DNA of 64,000 bases, taken from positions 6,176,001 to 6,240,000 of the forward strand of contig OZ244587.1 in assembly GCA_965218095.1 (NCBI GenBank). Reading direction: 5' to 3'. Shown piece by piece: positions 40,657 through 51,243 of this stretch. Every line of letters starts with the position of its first letter. Position 1 is the first letter of the stretch. The position numbers were made by a program, and so were the translations under genes. This DNA is from Candidatus Poribacteria bacterium. Its GTDB lineage: Bacteria > Poribacteria > WGA-4E > PCPOR2b. Under the pieces are notes generated by a model. The model worked only from the letters and a program-made list of their open reading frames with translations. It did no database searches and was not told where the DNA came from.

Positions 40657-40738
40657 AACCACGGATTAACAGAATTTCGCGGATTCTGTCTGGGTGCTGG
40701 CGGGAAAAAATCCGCGTAATTCTACGAAATCTGCGGTT
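40657..40738. repeat. imperfect inverted element built from 9-mer units between convergent genes
   Basis: aaccacggattaacagaatttcgcggatt ... aatccgcgtaattctacgaaatctgcggtt; supplies the MlrC stop. Confidence 0.65.
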
Positions 40739-42206
40739 CTATATCCAACGGAAACAGCGGACGCCGCACATTCCGATACGTAAAATGCAGCGGATTCACC
40801 GCCGTCAGGCCGGGCGTATCGACTTCGATAATCTTCTCCGCAATCGGTTCGTAAGCGGCACGATAGGCAATGGCAGCCTTCACGACGATATACTTCATCC
40901 GCTCCGGATCGATGCCCAAACTCAAGAACTGATGGAGGCTGAATGGCACTTGACGTTTGCTGGTCAGCACGATTAGGCTCTTCTCCTCAATCTCCACAAC
41001 CGCTGTGACGCCCTGATCCTGGTAGCGTTGTCCCCCGTGTCGGGGCTCTGTTTCCTCGTAATAACCGTCATGAATGAGGCGAACGCGCCCGCTGATCGGG
41101 ACCAGCGAACCGTGCAGGTCGTCCGATTTCCCGCCGACAGTCAGATCGACATCCCCGCGAACGCCTGCCCGAATACACACCTCCACCTCCTGCGGCGCGT
41201 CGAGGATACAGACGAACCTGTCCGCTTTCTGCCGCAAGAGTTCACTCAGGATGAACGTGCTATCTCCTGGCGAACCGCCCCCAATATTATCCCCCATCTC
41301 GACCAGTATGACAGGGTGTGCCTCGCTTTGTATTGCCTGCGCGACCGCCGCCGCTGCATCTGGAAGATTGATGTTCAACCGATCGCGTACCTCCCAAAGC
41401 AGATTCGATAACCGTTCTGCCTCCATTTGGGCAAGCTGTGGGTCGTTATCGGTCACAACGACGGCGGCGGGGCCAATCTCATGAACATCAGCATACGGGT
41501 ATCCGGCAGCGACATTCGCTGCGAGAACGTCAGATCTGCTTTCCAGTTGCTCTGCTTCTCGAAGGATCGAGCACATCGGGTCTACACGAGTGTACTGATG
41601 CAAGATGTTGAAAATCATCGGCGGCTTGGCGAGGGCTTGCGTCGGCTTGGCCTTGCCGCGAATCGTGCGTATCAGGATGTCCGCGGCGTGAAGTCCCCGT
41701 TGACGCTGATCGATGTGGGGATTGGTCTTGTAAATCACCAGCGCTGTCGATTCCGCGACCATCTGCTCGGACACATTCGTATGATGGTCGAGCGTGGCGA
41801 CGATGGGAAAGTGCGCTCCCAACGCCTCACGCATCCGGCGTAAAACCTCGCCATCTCCATCAGGATAGCTCTCGGCGACCATCGCGCCGTGCAGCGCAAG
41901 TAATACCCCATTGAGATTTGGCACTGACTGAATACGCCGGATGAGTTCAGTGACGATTTCGTTAAAAACCTCATCGGTCACTCTGCCCGCAGGCGTTGCT
42001 GAAGCCATCAAGGTTGGGTGTAAGTCACAGTCGTATGCTGATGCGCCTTCGATAAAACCCCCAACCTCATGATGCGCTTCCCCCCAAATATAGAGGATGT
42101 CATCACCAAAGACCAGACGGCCCGATTCAAATGCAGCCCAATCCGTTGGCACGGTGCTGAATGTGTTGGACTCGTGCATGATGCCCCCGATTGCGATGGT
42201 TGCCAT
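40722..42206 (-). CDS. M81 metallopeptidase (MlrC family)
   Basis: HESNTF, LHGAM, LDHHTN, YKTNPHID, DNIGGG, VVK. Confidence 0.92.
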   Translation of the reverse strand: MATIAIGGIMHESNTFSTVPTDWAAFESGRLVFGDDILYIWGEAHHEVGGFIEGASAYDCDLHPTLMASATPAGRVTDEVFNEIVTELIRRIQSVPNLNGVLLALHGAMVAESYPDGDGEVLRRMREALGAHFPIVATLDHHTNVSEQMVAESTALVIYKTNPHIDQRQRGLHAADILIRTIRGKAKPTQALAKPPMIFNILHQYTRVDPMCSILREAEQLESRSDVLAANVAAGYPYADVHEIGPAAVVVTDNDPQLAQMEAERLSNLLWEVRDRLNINLPDAAAAVAQAIQSEAHPVILVEMGDNIGGGSPGDSTFILSELLRQKADRFVCILDAPQEVEVCIRAGVRGDVDLTVGGKSDDLHGSLVPISGRVRLIHDGYYEETEPRHGGQRYQDQGVTAVVEIEEKSLIVLTSKRQVPFSLHQFLSLGIDPERMKYIVVKAAIAYRAAYEPIAEKIIEVDTPGLTAVNPLHFTYRNVRRPLFPLDIEPQIS

Positions 42207-42480
42207 GATCTTTTCCCTTTCTGTAACAATTTGCGATTGAATTTCCCCACCATCTGTGCTATTATTGGTACGTTCGTCAGTTTGGATCAACGATACATTA
42301 TACCAGTTCCTGATCAAGAATGCAAAGATGCAAGGGAGCCAATAAGCAGGATGCTGTATCTCCGTTACACGAGAGTGCAAACACCTGAATCCTGTATCTT
42401 GAATCCTGTTTGCAAGGTGCAAGATGCAGGGAACCATTCGCTTGCTTGCGCATTTGCAAAGTTTCTTACGAGGTGGTCAA

Positions 42481-43377
42481 ATGAAAGTCGCTTATGCATT
42501 TCGTCGAGGGGTACTTTATCCACATCAAGGAACAGATCTTGCTACGAAAGAGTTTCGCGGGAAATTCTTGAAAAAAGCGAAGGAGATCGGCTTTGATGGT
42601 ATTGAGTTGGGTGCTGGCGTGCTCGACTACCCGGACGTCGAATCTCTTCGAGCAGAGCTGGAAGACGTCGGCATGCCGTGCGTCGCCATACGCGGTGGGG
42701 GCGGCTTTACGAATCCACGCACTACTGCTGGAATGGTTAAGCGGTGGGAGGACATCATTCACTTTGCCGCGCAGATTGGCGCCGGAATTGTCAATTCAAC
42801 GGTTGGCGGCGCGCCGGCCGCTGATCCACGGAGCATCGGCACATATCAGGGAGAACGAATATCTCAAGGGTCTAGCCGAACCGCCAGGGAAGAAGACTAT
42901 GAACGCACAACACGGGGGATTTCGGAGTCCGCGAAAATCGCCGCCGATCACGGTTTAGAGATTTCGATTGAGATCCATCAGCTCTCGATTGTTGACAACA
43001 GTTGGTCTGCGTTGCATCTGATGGAGTTGATCGACCAACCCAATGTCGGTATCAACCCCGACCTCGGCAACATTTACTGGACTTATGATATTCCCGAAGA
43101 ATCCTGTGAAGATGCGATTGCCACTCTTGCACCGCACTGCAACTATTGGCATTGCAAGAACCTCTATCGCGTCCATATCCCCGAGCTCGAAAAATCGATC
43201 TTACTGCAAGCGCCGCTTCCCGACGGGGACATCGACTACCGATTCGCAATCTCGGCGATGTTGGATGCAGGCTACAGCGGTTATCTCGCCATCGAAGGCA
43301 TGCGTCTCGGCGATCAATTCCACGGCGATGGAAAAAGCGTTGCTTATGTGAAATCGGTAATCGAGGAGTTGAGCTAA
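42481..43377 (+). CDS. sugar phosphate isomerase/epimerase (TIM barrel)
   Basis: GFDGIEL, IEIH, NPDLGN, HCKN, GYSGYLAIE. Confidence 0.85.
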   Translation: MKVAYAFRRGVLYPHQGTDLATKEFRGKFLKKAKEIGFDGIELGAGVLDYPDVESLRAELEDVGMPCVAIRGGGGFTNPRTTAGMVKRWEDIIHFAAQIGAGIVNSTVGGAPAADPRSIGTYQGERISQGSSRTAREEDYERTTRGISESAKIAADHGLEISIEIHQLSIVDNSWSALHLMELIDQPNVGINPDLGNIYWTYDIPEESCEDAIATLAPHCNYWHCKNLYRVHIPELEKSILLQAPLPDGDIDYRFAISAMLDAGYSGYLAIEGMRLGDQFHGDGKSVAYVKSVIEELS

Positions 43378-43456
43378 ATCAAGACCGGGTAAATGAGTAT
43401 GCCATTTGCGTCATTTACCCATCTACTCATTATCGAAGGAACGAAAGCGGAGAAAA

Positions 43457-43981
43457 ATGGACAGATCAGAGCTTGCAAAACAGATTAAAGCCGTTTCATA
43501 CCTAACCGGACAGTTCAAGCTGCGGTCAGGAAAAATCAGTTCGTTCTATTGGGACAAATACCGCTTTGAGAGCGATCCGATCTTGTTGCACGCAATTGTG
43601 GCTGAGCTGCAGAAACTTTTACCCTCGTCTTTCGACAAACTCGCCAGTTTAGAGTTAGGCGGCATTCCGCTGGCGACCGGACTTTCCTTCAAAACAGGGA
43701 AGCCCTGTCTATATGTCCGCAAAGAAGCCAAAACCTATGGCACCTGCAATTTGGTAGAGGGTGGATTTCATACGGGTGAAACAGCGGTTGTAATAGAGGA
43801 CGTCGCCACCACCGGAGGACAGATATCTACATCGGTGAGCCAGATGCGAGAGCTTGGACTGATTGTCGAACATGCCGTGTGCGTCATTGATCGGCAACAA
43901 GGCGGTCGTGAGAATCTTGCGAAGATTGGGTGTGCATTGAATTCCGTTTTTACCTTGGACGAACTTGAGCGCTTGGCGTAG
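43457..43981 (+). CDS. pyrE: orotate phosphoribosyltransferase
   Basis: FKLRSG, VRKEAKTYG, VIEDVATTGG, IDR. Confidence 0.93.
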   Translation: MDRSELAKQIKAVSYLTGQFKLRSGKISSFYWDKYRFESDPILLHAIVAELQKLLPSSFDKLASLELGGIPLATGLSFKTGKPCLYVRKEAKTYGTCNLVEGGFHTGETAVVIEDVATTGGQISTSVSQMRELGLIVEHAVCVIDRQQGGRENLAKIGCALNSVFTLDELERLA

Positions 43982-43989
43982 GTGCAGCC

Positions 43990-44655
43990 ATGATTATTGT
44001 TGCGTTATCTGATATTCACGGTAACACAAAACATCTACGGGCAATTGCCCACGATCTGTCCGTAGCGGATGTTGTTCTGCTGGTCGGCGATCTGACCAAC
44101 TTCGGTCGGCGGAGGCATGCATCACGGGTGGTGCATGCAGTACAACAATATAATGATCGGATCCTTGCCATCCCAGGGAATTGTGATTACCCGGAAGTGG
44201 ATGCCTCTCTCACCGTCGAAGGGATAAGCCTTCACCGAAAATGCGTCACCGTGGATGGGATTGCCTTTCTGGGGGTCGGCGGATCGCTGCCCTGTCCCGC
44301 CAGAACACCGAATGAATTTACGGAAGGTGAGTTGCAAGCATTTCTCGACGAGGCTTCATCCAATCTCGATCCATCGATGCCCGTGATTCTCGTCTCCCAT
44401 CAACCACCCTATTGCACCATTGCTGACTTCGCATGGATTGGTCAACATGTCGGCAGTCAGTCAATCCGGACTTTCATTACGCAGGTTCAGCCGATGGTAT
44501 GCTTTACGGGGCATATCCACGAAGGACGAGGCATTGACGCAATTGGAGAGACAAAAGTGATTAACCCGGGGCCCTTGAGAGAAGGGGGATATGCATATAC
44601 AGAAGTGAACCGCCAGGTTGAAGTTGTGGAAATACGAGGAGTAAACAAACATTAA
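43990..44655 (+). CDS. calcineurin-like metallophosphoesterase
   Basis: SDIHG, GDL, PGNCD, SHQPP, GHIHE. Confidence 0.9.
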   Translation: MIIVALSDIHGNTKHLRAIAHDLSVADVVLLVGDLTNFGRRRHASRVVHAVQQYNDRILAIPGNCDYPEVDASLTVEGISLHRKCVTVDGIAFLGVGGSLPCPARTPNEFTEGELQAFLDEASSNLDPSMPVILVSHQPPYCTIADFAWIGQHVGSQSIRTFITQVQPMVCFTGHIHEGRGIDAIGETKVINPGPLREGGYAYTEVNRQVEVVEIRGVNKH

Positions 44656-44673
44656 CGGAAAGCGGGAGAGCCA

Positions 44674-45462
44674 TTGAAAATTTTATTCATTGGAGACATT
44701 GTTGGACACCCTGGGCGGAAAGCTGTTTCGGCCCTCCTTCCGCGTCTAATCGAAAACACAGGTGGATTCGATGCAGTAATCGTCAACGGTGAAAACGCTG
44801 CCGGCGGCAAGGGACTCACCCGACCGGTCCTTGATGAGATTCTGAGTTGGGGCGTTGATGTAATTACGACCGGAAATCATGTCTGGGATAATCGTGAGAT
44901 CTTTGGGTTCATCGATACTGAGCCGAATCTCATCCGCCCGGCGAATTTTCCGAAAGGCGCCCCAGGACGCGGTTGGGTTGTCACAACCACATCTTCAGGC
45001 GCGAAGATTGGCGTGATCAATATCGCGGGTCAAGTTTACATGGAGAACTACGACAACCCGTTTCACACCCTTGATGCCATCCTACCGCAAATTCAGGCAC
45101 AAACACATTTTATCCTGTTCGATTTCCATGCAGAGGCAACGGCAGAGAAGAGCGCGATGGGCTGGTATGCGGACGGAAAAGTGAGTGTGGTCGTTGGCAC
45201 ACATACCCATGTGCAGACCGCCGATGAACAGATCCTCCCGCAAGGCACCGCTTACATCACGGATGTTGGCATGACAGGTCCTCATGATTCGGTGATAGGT
45301 GTGAAAAAAGAGGATGTGCTTCATCGCTTTCGGACAATGCTGCCCCGCCGCTACCAGGTTGCGAGCGGCAACGTCATCCTCTGTGCTGTTGCTCTGGAGT
45401 TGGATGATGAAACCGGCAAGGCGCTCTCCATTCAACGCATTCGCCTTCCTCTGAGTGGGTAA
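44674..45462 (+). CDS. ymdB: YmdB-family metallophosphoesterase
   Basis: GDIVG, NGENAAGG, GNHVWD, DFHAEAT, GTHTHVQTAD, DVGMTG. Confidence 0.93.
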   Translation: MKILFIGDIVGHPGRKAVSALLPRLIENTGGFDAVIVNGENAAGGKGLTRPVLDEILSWGVDVITTGNHVWDNREIFGFIDTEPNLIRPANFPKGAPGRGWVVTTTSSGAKIGVINIAGQVYMENYDNPFHTLDAILPQIQAQTHFILFDFHAEATAEKSAMGWYADGKVSVVVGTHTHVQTADEQILPQGTAYITDVGMTGPHDSVIGVKKEDVLHRFRTMLPRRYQVASGNVILCAVALELDDETGKALSIQRIRLPLSG

Positions 45463-45553
45463 CTGAAAGTTCAGTCGTTCATGAAGCGTAAAACGTGAAA
45501 CGTAAAAAGAGCGGTTGTCTTCTTACGTTTTACCCTATACACGGTGCTTACTA

Positions 45554-46771
45554 ATGATGCATCCAACACGCAACGTTTACCAAGTCCGCGAAATTACACA
45601 GACCTTGCAAGCTATCTTGCAGTCCGAGCCGTCCTTGCAAGACCTCTGGATTGAGGGAGAGATTTCAAATTTTGTACGCCACACTTCTGGACACGTCTAC
45701 TTTACCCTCAAGGACAACAACAGTCAGATTCGATGTGCTATCTTTCGTTCCGCCGCATCTCGTCTGCGATTTCCACTGAAAAACGGCGACGCTGTGCTTG
45801 TTCATGGACGACTCAGCATCTACGATGCCCGAAGTGAGTATCAGATTATCGGGGATCGGGTCGCTCCTGCCGGCGTCGGAATGCTACAACTGGCTTTCGA
45901 GCGGCTCAAGGAACAACTCGCCGCAGAGGGGTTGTTCGATCCAGTCCATAAAAAACCGCTGTCGAAATTTCCCCAGAAGATTGGGGTCATCACCTCGGCG
46001 ACAGGGGCAGCGATTCTCGATATTCTCCGAATGCTTCAAAAGCGGTATCCCGGAGTCGAGGTCCTCCTGTTTCCAACCCTCGTGCAAGGGGAGGACGCGG
46101 CGGCGGAAATCACCCACGCCATTGCGTGTATGAATCGGCTGCCGGGGGTCGACCTCCTCATCGTCGGTCGAGGGGGCGGGTCGATAGAAGATCTTTGGGC
46201 GTTCAACGAAGAGGTTGTCGCACGCGCCATTTTTGCGTCCCGAATTCCGATTGTGTCTGCTGTGGGCCACGAGACTGATTTTACGATTGCAGACTTCGTG
46301 GCAGACTATCGCGCTCCAACACCTTCTGCAGCAATTGAACATGTCGTTCCAGATCAACAGGAACTTCGACGACAGATAGCAGTGCTCGAATCAAATTTGA
46401 TGCGCGCTATAGCCGGTCGGATTGAATCTGTGCGGGCAAGGCTCGCAAATACACAGAATCGTCTATCGCCTACACGTCAGATCGACGTCCTCAATCGCCT
46501 TCGACAGACGATGGATCAGCTTGAAATCCGAGGACAGCGGGCAGCCACACAACAGTTAAATGCGAAACGGCGAGTGTGGCAAGTTGCTTCAGCCCGGCTG
46601 GATACGTTGAGTCCTCTAGCGACGCTGGCTCGTGGATATAGCGTCTGCAAAAATTCAAATGGTCAGACAATTACAGATGCCTCACAAGTCCGCGTCGGCG
46701 ATGAGATCGGCGTCCGACTTTCACAGGGGAGGTTATCATGTCGTGTACTGAAAGGAGAAACAAATGTCTGA
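45554..46771 (+). CDS. xseA: exodeoxyribonuclease VII large subunit
   Basis: GEISNF..SGHVYFTLKD, RGGGSIEDLWAFN, VGHETD, RAPTPSAA. Confidence 0.97.
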   Translation: MMHPTRNVYQVREITQTLQAILQSEPSLQDLWIEGEISNFVRHTSGHVYFTLKDNNSQIRCAIFRSAASRLRFPLKNGDAVLVHGRLSIYDARSEYQIIGDRVAPAGVGMLQLAFERLKEQLAAEGLFDPVHKKPLSKFPQKIGVITSATGAAILDILRMLQKRYPGVEVLLFPTLVQGEDAAAEITHAIACMNRLPGVDLLIVGRGGGSIEDLWAFNEEVVARAIFASRIPIVSAVGHETDFTIADFVADYRAPTPSAAIEHVVPDQQELRRQIAVLESNLMRAIAGRIESVRARLANTQNRLSPTRQIDVLNRLRQTMDQLEIRGQRAATQQLNAKRRVWQVASARLDTLSPLATLARGYSVCKNSNGQTITDASQVRVGDEIGVRLSQGRLSCRVLKGETNV

Positions 46772-47006
46772 AGAGATGAGCTTTGAGGAAACCTTAATTA
46801 AACTTGAAGAGGCAGTTGACCGTCTTGAGCAGGGGGATGCATTGCCCCTGGATGAGTCATTGCAAACCTTTGAGGAAGGCATCCGTCTGACACGACTCTG
46901 CCGCCAGAAACTTGACGCGGCGGAATTGCGTGTGCAACAACTGGTTGAAATCGATGAAGATACGCTTGAAATGGCACCGTTTGAAGTGGAGGAAAATGTC
47001 TCCTAA
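46764..47006 (+). CDS. xseB: exodeoxyribonuclease VII small subunit
   Basis: SFEETL..LE, LPLDESLQTFEEG, follows xseA. Confidence 0.95.
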   Translation: MSEEMSFEETLIKLEEAVDRLEQGDALPLDESLQTFEEGIRLTRLCRQKLDAAELRVQQLVEIDEDTLEMAPFEVEENVS

Positions 47007-47021
47007 TGTCAAAGGAAAGAT

Positions 47022-47254
47022 AGAATGGATCTAGACTGACTGAAGACAGCGGCTGAGTTTAAGATAACGTGGCTCATGTAAAAAGAAAGTGCACGATTTC
47101 TTAACATGAGCCGATAACGCATAAAGTCTCAGTTGCAGATTCTATCGCTCTTGCTTTGGCAGATGTGAAAAATGCCGAATTGATGACAAGCAGTCATCAT
47201 GAATTTGATGAAATCGAAAAAGCGGGTAGATTGAAGTTTTATTGGATTCGGTAG
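47022..47254 (+). pseudogene. PIN/VapC toxin C-terminal remnant interrupted by a mini-element
   Basis: AAEFKIT..HKVSVADSIALALA...ELMTSSHHEFDEIE..FYWIR. Confidence 0.7.
47071..47112. mobile_element. 42-bp miniature inverted-repeat element with 8-bp target duplication
   Basis: ggctcatgt...acatgagcc flanked by gataacgt / gataacgc. Confidence 0.75.
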
Positions 47255-47436
47255 ATTTTTATAGACGATATCTTCGCTAAGCAATTTTAGAAAATAAGTT
47301 TTACATTTTGAGGAAGGATGGAAAAAACGCCTTGTTTGCTTTTTCCCAATCTTCCAATTTTCCGACCGATTTGGGGGATTCAGAACATAAACTTTAATAC
47401 TGAAATTTGCTTAATTATCACCAGGAGTTTATAAAT

Positions 47437-49305
47437 ATGCTTTTAGAAAAAATCGATACACCCGCAGATCTCCAATCGCTAAATTTCAACGAACTGAAAG
47501 AACTTGCCGAGGAGATGCGTGGCTATCTGCTTTCGGTGCTATCAGAACACCCCGGACACTTTGCGCCGAACTTAGGGACGGTTGAGCTTGCAATCGCCCT
47601 CCATTACGTTTTCGATACCCCGCATGATCAGGTCATCTGGGACATCGGACACCAAGCTTACCCACACAAACTCCTCACCGGTCGCCGCGATGCGTTCCCG
47701 ACGCTTCGCCAGTATGGCGGCATCAGTGGGTTTCTCAGCCGGGCAGAAAGCGAGTACGATGTGTTTGGCGCCGGTCATTCAAGCACATCGCTTGCGGCCG
47801 CGTTGGGTGTCACCACCGCTCGTGACTTCAACAACGAAGATTACAAGGTAGTCGCTGTCATCGGCGATGGCGGCTTGACAGGGGGGATGGCGTTTGAGGG
47901 ACTGAATGCAGCCGGCGATTTCAAAAAAGATATGATCGTCATCCTCAACGACAACCAGATGTCGATTTCCCAGACAGTTGGTGCATTCTCGAAATATTTG
48001 AACCGTCTCTTAGCCAACCCAACCTACAATGCCCTCCGATCTAGTGCCAAAGAGATCGTGAAGCGAATTGCCCCGGAGGTTAAGCCGGTTGCCAAGCGGA
48101 TCGAAGCTGCCCTCAAACCCGGCACACTGTTTGAGGAATTTGGCTTTCGCTATTTCGGTCCCCTCAACGGCAACGATCTGGAGGCGCTGTTGCCTGTGTT
48201 GAAAGGCGTCAAATCGCTACATCAGCCGATTCTGATTCACGTTGTCACCCAAAAGGGCAAAGGGTATCCTCCCGCCGAAACGGATTCAGAGACGTTCTAC
48301 AGCGTCAGCGGCAAGTTCGACCTCGAAACCGGTAAGTCGCTTGTCCCCAAGTTATCCATCCCGACATATACCAATATTTTCAGCAACACGTTGATTGAAC
48401 TTGCCGAACAGGACTCCCGAATCGTCGCTATTACCGCCGCAATGCCAAACGGCACAGGGTTAGATAAATTTCAGCAGGCGTTTCCCAACCGCTTCTTCGA
48501 CGTTGGCCTGGCAGAGCAGTGTGCTGTTACCTTCGCGGCAGGGTTGGCGACCCAGGGCGTCAAGCCGGTCGCGGCAATTTATTCCACCTTCCTGCAACGC
48601 GGCTACGACCAGTTGGTTCATGATATCTGCATCCAGAATCTGCCGGTAACCTTCGTGCTAGACCGTGCCGGACTTGTCGGCGCAGATGGGCCAACCCACC
48701 ACGGCGTCTTCGATTTCGCGTACCTGCGTTCTCTACCAAACATGGTGGCGATGGCACCAAAAGATGAAGACGAACTCCAGCACATGGTGAAAACTGCCGT
48801 TGAGTACGAAAGAGGACCAATTGCCGTCCGCTATCCTCGTGGAACGGGAATCGGCGTCCCGATGGCGAGCCAGCCTCAAGTCCTGCCAATCGGAAAAGGC
48901 GAAGTGCTGCGTGACGGCGACGACCTGCTGATTCTGGCGATTGGGAATCGTGTCCACCCGGCGCTGGAGGCGGCCGAAATGTTGGCGGATTCGGAAGTCT
49001 CGGCGACGGTGGTGAACGCACGGTTCGTCAAGCCCCTTGATGAGGAACTCACCCTTCCTCTCGCCGAGCGGATAAGGAAGGTTATCACGGTTGAGGATGG
49101 TGTGCTGATGGGCGGATTCGGCAGCGCCATCCTGGAAATGTTCGCAGATAACGGATTGGCGGGCGTACAGGTGAAACGTCTCGGTATTCCTGATCAGTTC
49201 ATTGAACACGGGGATGTCAAAACCTTGTATGAACACTGTGGTTTAGACGTAGACGCGATTGTTCGTGAGGGGTTAAGATTTGTAAATGAGCAAATAAGTC
49301 AATAG
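47437..49305 (+). CDS. dxs: 1-deoxy-D-xylulose-5-phosphate synthase
   Basis: WDIGHQAYPHK, GHSSTS, GDGG..LNDN, DVGLAEQ, YSTFLQR, DGPTHHG. Confidence 0.98.
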   Translation: MLLEKIDTPADLQSLNFNELKELAEEMRGYLLSVLSEHPGHFAPNLGTVELAIALHYVFDTPHDQVIWDIGHQAYPHKLLTGRRDAFPTLRQYGGISGFLSRAESEYDVFGAGHSSTSLAAALGVTTARDFNNEDYKVVAVIGDGGLTGGMAFEGLNAAGDFKKDMIVILNDNQMSISQTVGAFSKYLNRLLANPTYNALRSSAKEIVKRIAPEVKPVAKRIEAALKPGTLFEEFGFRYFGPLNGNDLEALLPVLKGVKSLHQPILIHVVTQKGKGYPPAETDSETFYSVSGKFDLETGKSLVPKLSIPTYTNIFSNTLIELAEQDSRIVAITAAMPNGTGLDKFQQAFPNRFFDVGLAEQCAVTFAAGLATQGVKPVAAIYSTFLQRGYDQLVHDICIQNLPVTFVLDRAGLVGADGPTHHGVFDFAYLRSLPNMVAMAPKDEDELQHMVKTAVEYERGPIAVRYPRGTGIGVPMASQPQVLPIGKGEVLRDGDDLLILAIGNRVHPALEAAEMLADSEVSATVVNARFVKPLDEELTLPLAERIRKVITVEDGVLMGGFGSAILEMFADNGLAGVQVKRLGIPDQFIEHGDVKTLYEHCGLDVDAIVREGLRFVNEQISQ

Positions 49306-49330
49306 ACGAGGAGAACTGAGAGATACAGAA

Positions 49331-50239
49331 ATGGAAGGGAACAAGGAGATTGGAAGGAAAGGAAGAATGAAAGGATGGAAGGATAACAACGGCACGTCTC
49401 ACGTTTCACGTTTCACGTTTCACGCATCATGCGGTCAGAACAAGCAGCGGCTTGATACACTCGTTGTCCAACGTGGGCTCGCCGAGAGCCGTGAGCGAGC
49501 AAAGCGGTTAATTCTCGCAGGCGAGGTCCTCGTTGCGGGTAAGCCGCACGCCAAGCCGGGGCACCTCATCCCAGCGGATGCAGAAATTGCAGTCAAACAG
49601 CTACCACAGTACGTCAGCCGGGGCGGGCTGAAGCTAGAGAAGGCGTTGCAGGTTTCCCAAGCCGACGTGCGTGGAAAAGTCGCGATCGACGTCGGGGCAT
49701 CGACCGGAGGGTTCACGGATTGCCTGCTACAACACGGCGCGAAATTTGTGTATGCGGTGGACGTGGGCCATGGCCAACTTGCATGGAAAATCCGTCAAGA
49801 CCCACGGGTGTGTGTAATTGAGGGGACCAATATCCGCACGATTGACATGAATCGCTTTGAGCCGCCGGTCGAAATCGGCGTGGTTGATGTATCGTTTATC
49901 TCTCTTCAAAAAGTCCTACCGGTCGTCACCCAAATCGTTGACCCCATGGGGGATGTGCTTGCCCTGATCAAGCCGCAATTTGAGGCAGGACGGGCGCACG
50001 TGGGCAAAGGCGGCGTCGTGAGGGATGCGGGCATTCACGTTCAGGTCCTCCGCGATCTAATCCAATTTGTTCATGGACTGGATCGATCTGTCATGGGGGT
50101 CTCCCACTCTCCGATTCGCGGGCCGGCGGGAAACATTGAGTACCTGATTTGGGTCAAGGGGCGTCTTGAGGCTTCTTCGGCAGATTGGGGTGATCGTGCT
50201 GCACAGATTGTTCAGCGTGCTCACGAGGCCTTTCAGTGA
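49331..50239 (+). CDS. tlyA: TlyA rRNA methyltransferase; start uncertain
   Basis: RLD S4 domain, YVSRGGLKL, DVGASTGGFTD, DVSFISL, LIKPQFE, GNIEY. Confidence 0.93.
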   Translation: MEGNKEIGRKGRMKGWKDNNGTSHVSRFTFHASCGQNKQRLDTLVVQRGLAESRERAKRLILAGEVLVAGKPHAKPGHLIPADAEIAVKQLPQYVSRGGLKLEKALQVSQADVRGKVAIDVGASTGGFTDCLLQHGAKFVYAVDVGHGQLAWKIRQDPRVCVIEGTNIRTIDMNRFEPPVEIGVVDVSFISLQKVLPVVTQIVDPMGDVLALIKPQFEAGRAHVGKGGVVRDAGIHVQVLRDLIQFVHGLDRSVMGVSHSPIRGPAGNIEYLIWVKGRLEASSADWGDRAAQIVQRAHEAFQ

Positions 50240-50298
50240 AGTAAGGTTTAACAGTGTACTCGTATCATCGAAATAATTTAGAATTGGAGGCACTTGCG

Positions 50299-51243
50299 AT
50301 GACAATTCAAGAGCACCTATCCTTGGAGGGTATTAATGACGATAACCTGAGCATTTTCAAAGCGATTGGTGTGGATTATGTCGCGATTATGCACCCACCG
50401 CCGCCCAAAGCCGGCGAAGATTGCACAGATTTCTGGAACGATATACGCAAAAAAGTCGAATCTCACGAGATGAAACTGAACAACGTGGGACTGAGACCTG
50501 TGAAAGAACTAATCCTCGGCAAGCCCGGCCAGGACGAGCACATCAAGGGTTGGCGCATGTTGATAAGGAATTTGGGTGCGGCTGGCATCCCGACGCTCGG
50601 TTACAACTTCAGGGGTATCGGGAATTTTCGGACAACGGTGACGGTTGGCCGCGGCGGGGCGCACTATAGCACGTTTGATTATGGTGAATTCATGAAAGAA
50701 GAGCCGGACTTCCCCGAGAATTACATTTCCGACGAGAAGCTCTGGGAGAATTTGAAGTATTTCCTTGAGCGCATTGTTCCGGTGGCTGAAGAATCTGGTG
50801 TGCGGCTCACGATGCACCCGGATGATCCGCCCATCCCCGAGCCGCTTGGCGGCGCAGCTCGCATTCTCTCGACCCTTGATGATTTTGAGCGCATGTTCAA
50901 GATGGTTCCGAGCGATGCGAACACGATGCTATTTTGCCAGGGATGCGTTCGTGAAATGGGAGAAGACGTACCCTCCGCTATTCGGCGCATCGGGGCACAA
51001 GACAAAATTGCTGCCGTCCATTTTCGAAACCTTCGGGGGACGCCAAAAAGCTTTCAGGAGGTTTTCGTGGATGAGGGAGATGTGGACATGTATCAAACTA
51101 TGCAGACCTACCGGGAAGTAGGCTTTGAGGGACCGTTCATGATGGATCACACCCCTGGCTTTCCTCAAGAAAACGCTCAATGGGCGGGCAGAGCCTTTGC
51201 TGTCGGTTACATCCGAGCGATGATCCAAGCCACATACCGGTAA
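50299..51243 (+). CDS. mannonate dehydratase family protein (UxuA-like)
   Basis: LWENLKYFL, MHPDDPP, FCQG, VHFRN, MDHTP. Confidence 0.85.
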   Translation: MTIQEHLSLEGINDDNLSIFKAIGVDYVAIMHPPPPKAGEDCTDFWNDIRKKVESHEMKLNNVGLRPVKELILGKPGQDEHIKGWRMLIRNLGAAGIPTLGYNFRGIGNFRTTVTVGRGGAHYSTFDYGEFMKEEPDFPENYISDEKLWENLKYFLERIVPVAEESGVRLTMHPDDPPIPEPLGGAARILSTLDDFERMFKMVPSDANTMLFCQGCVREMGEDVPSAIRRIGAQDKIAAVHFRNLRGTPKSFQEVFVDEGDVDMYQTMQTYREVGFEGPFMMDHTPGFPQENAQWAGRAFAVGYIRAMIQATYR

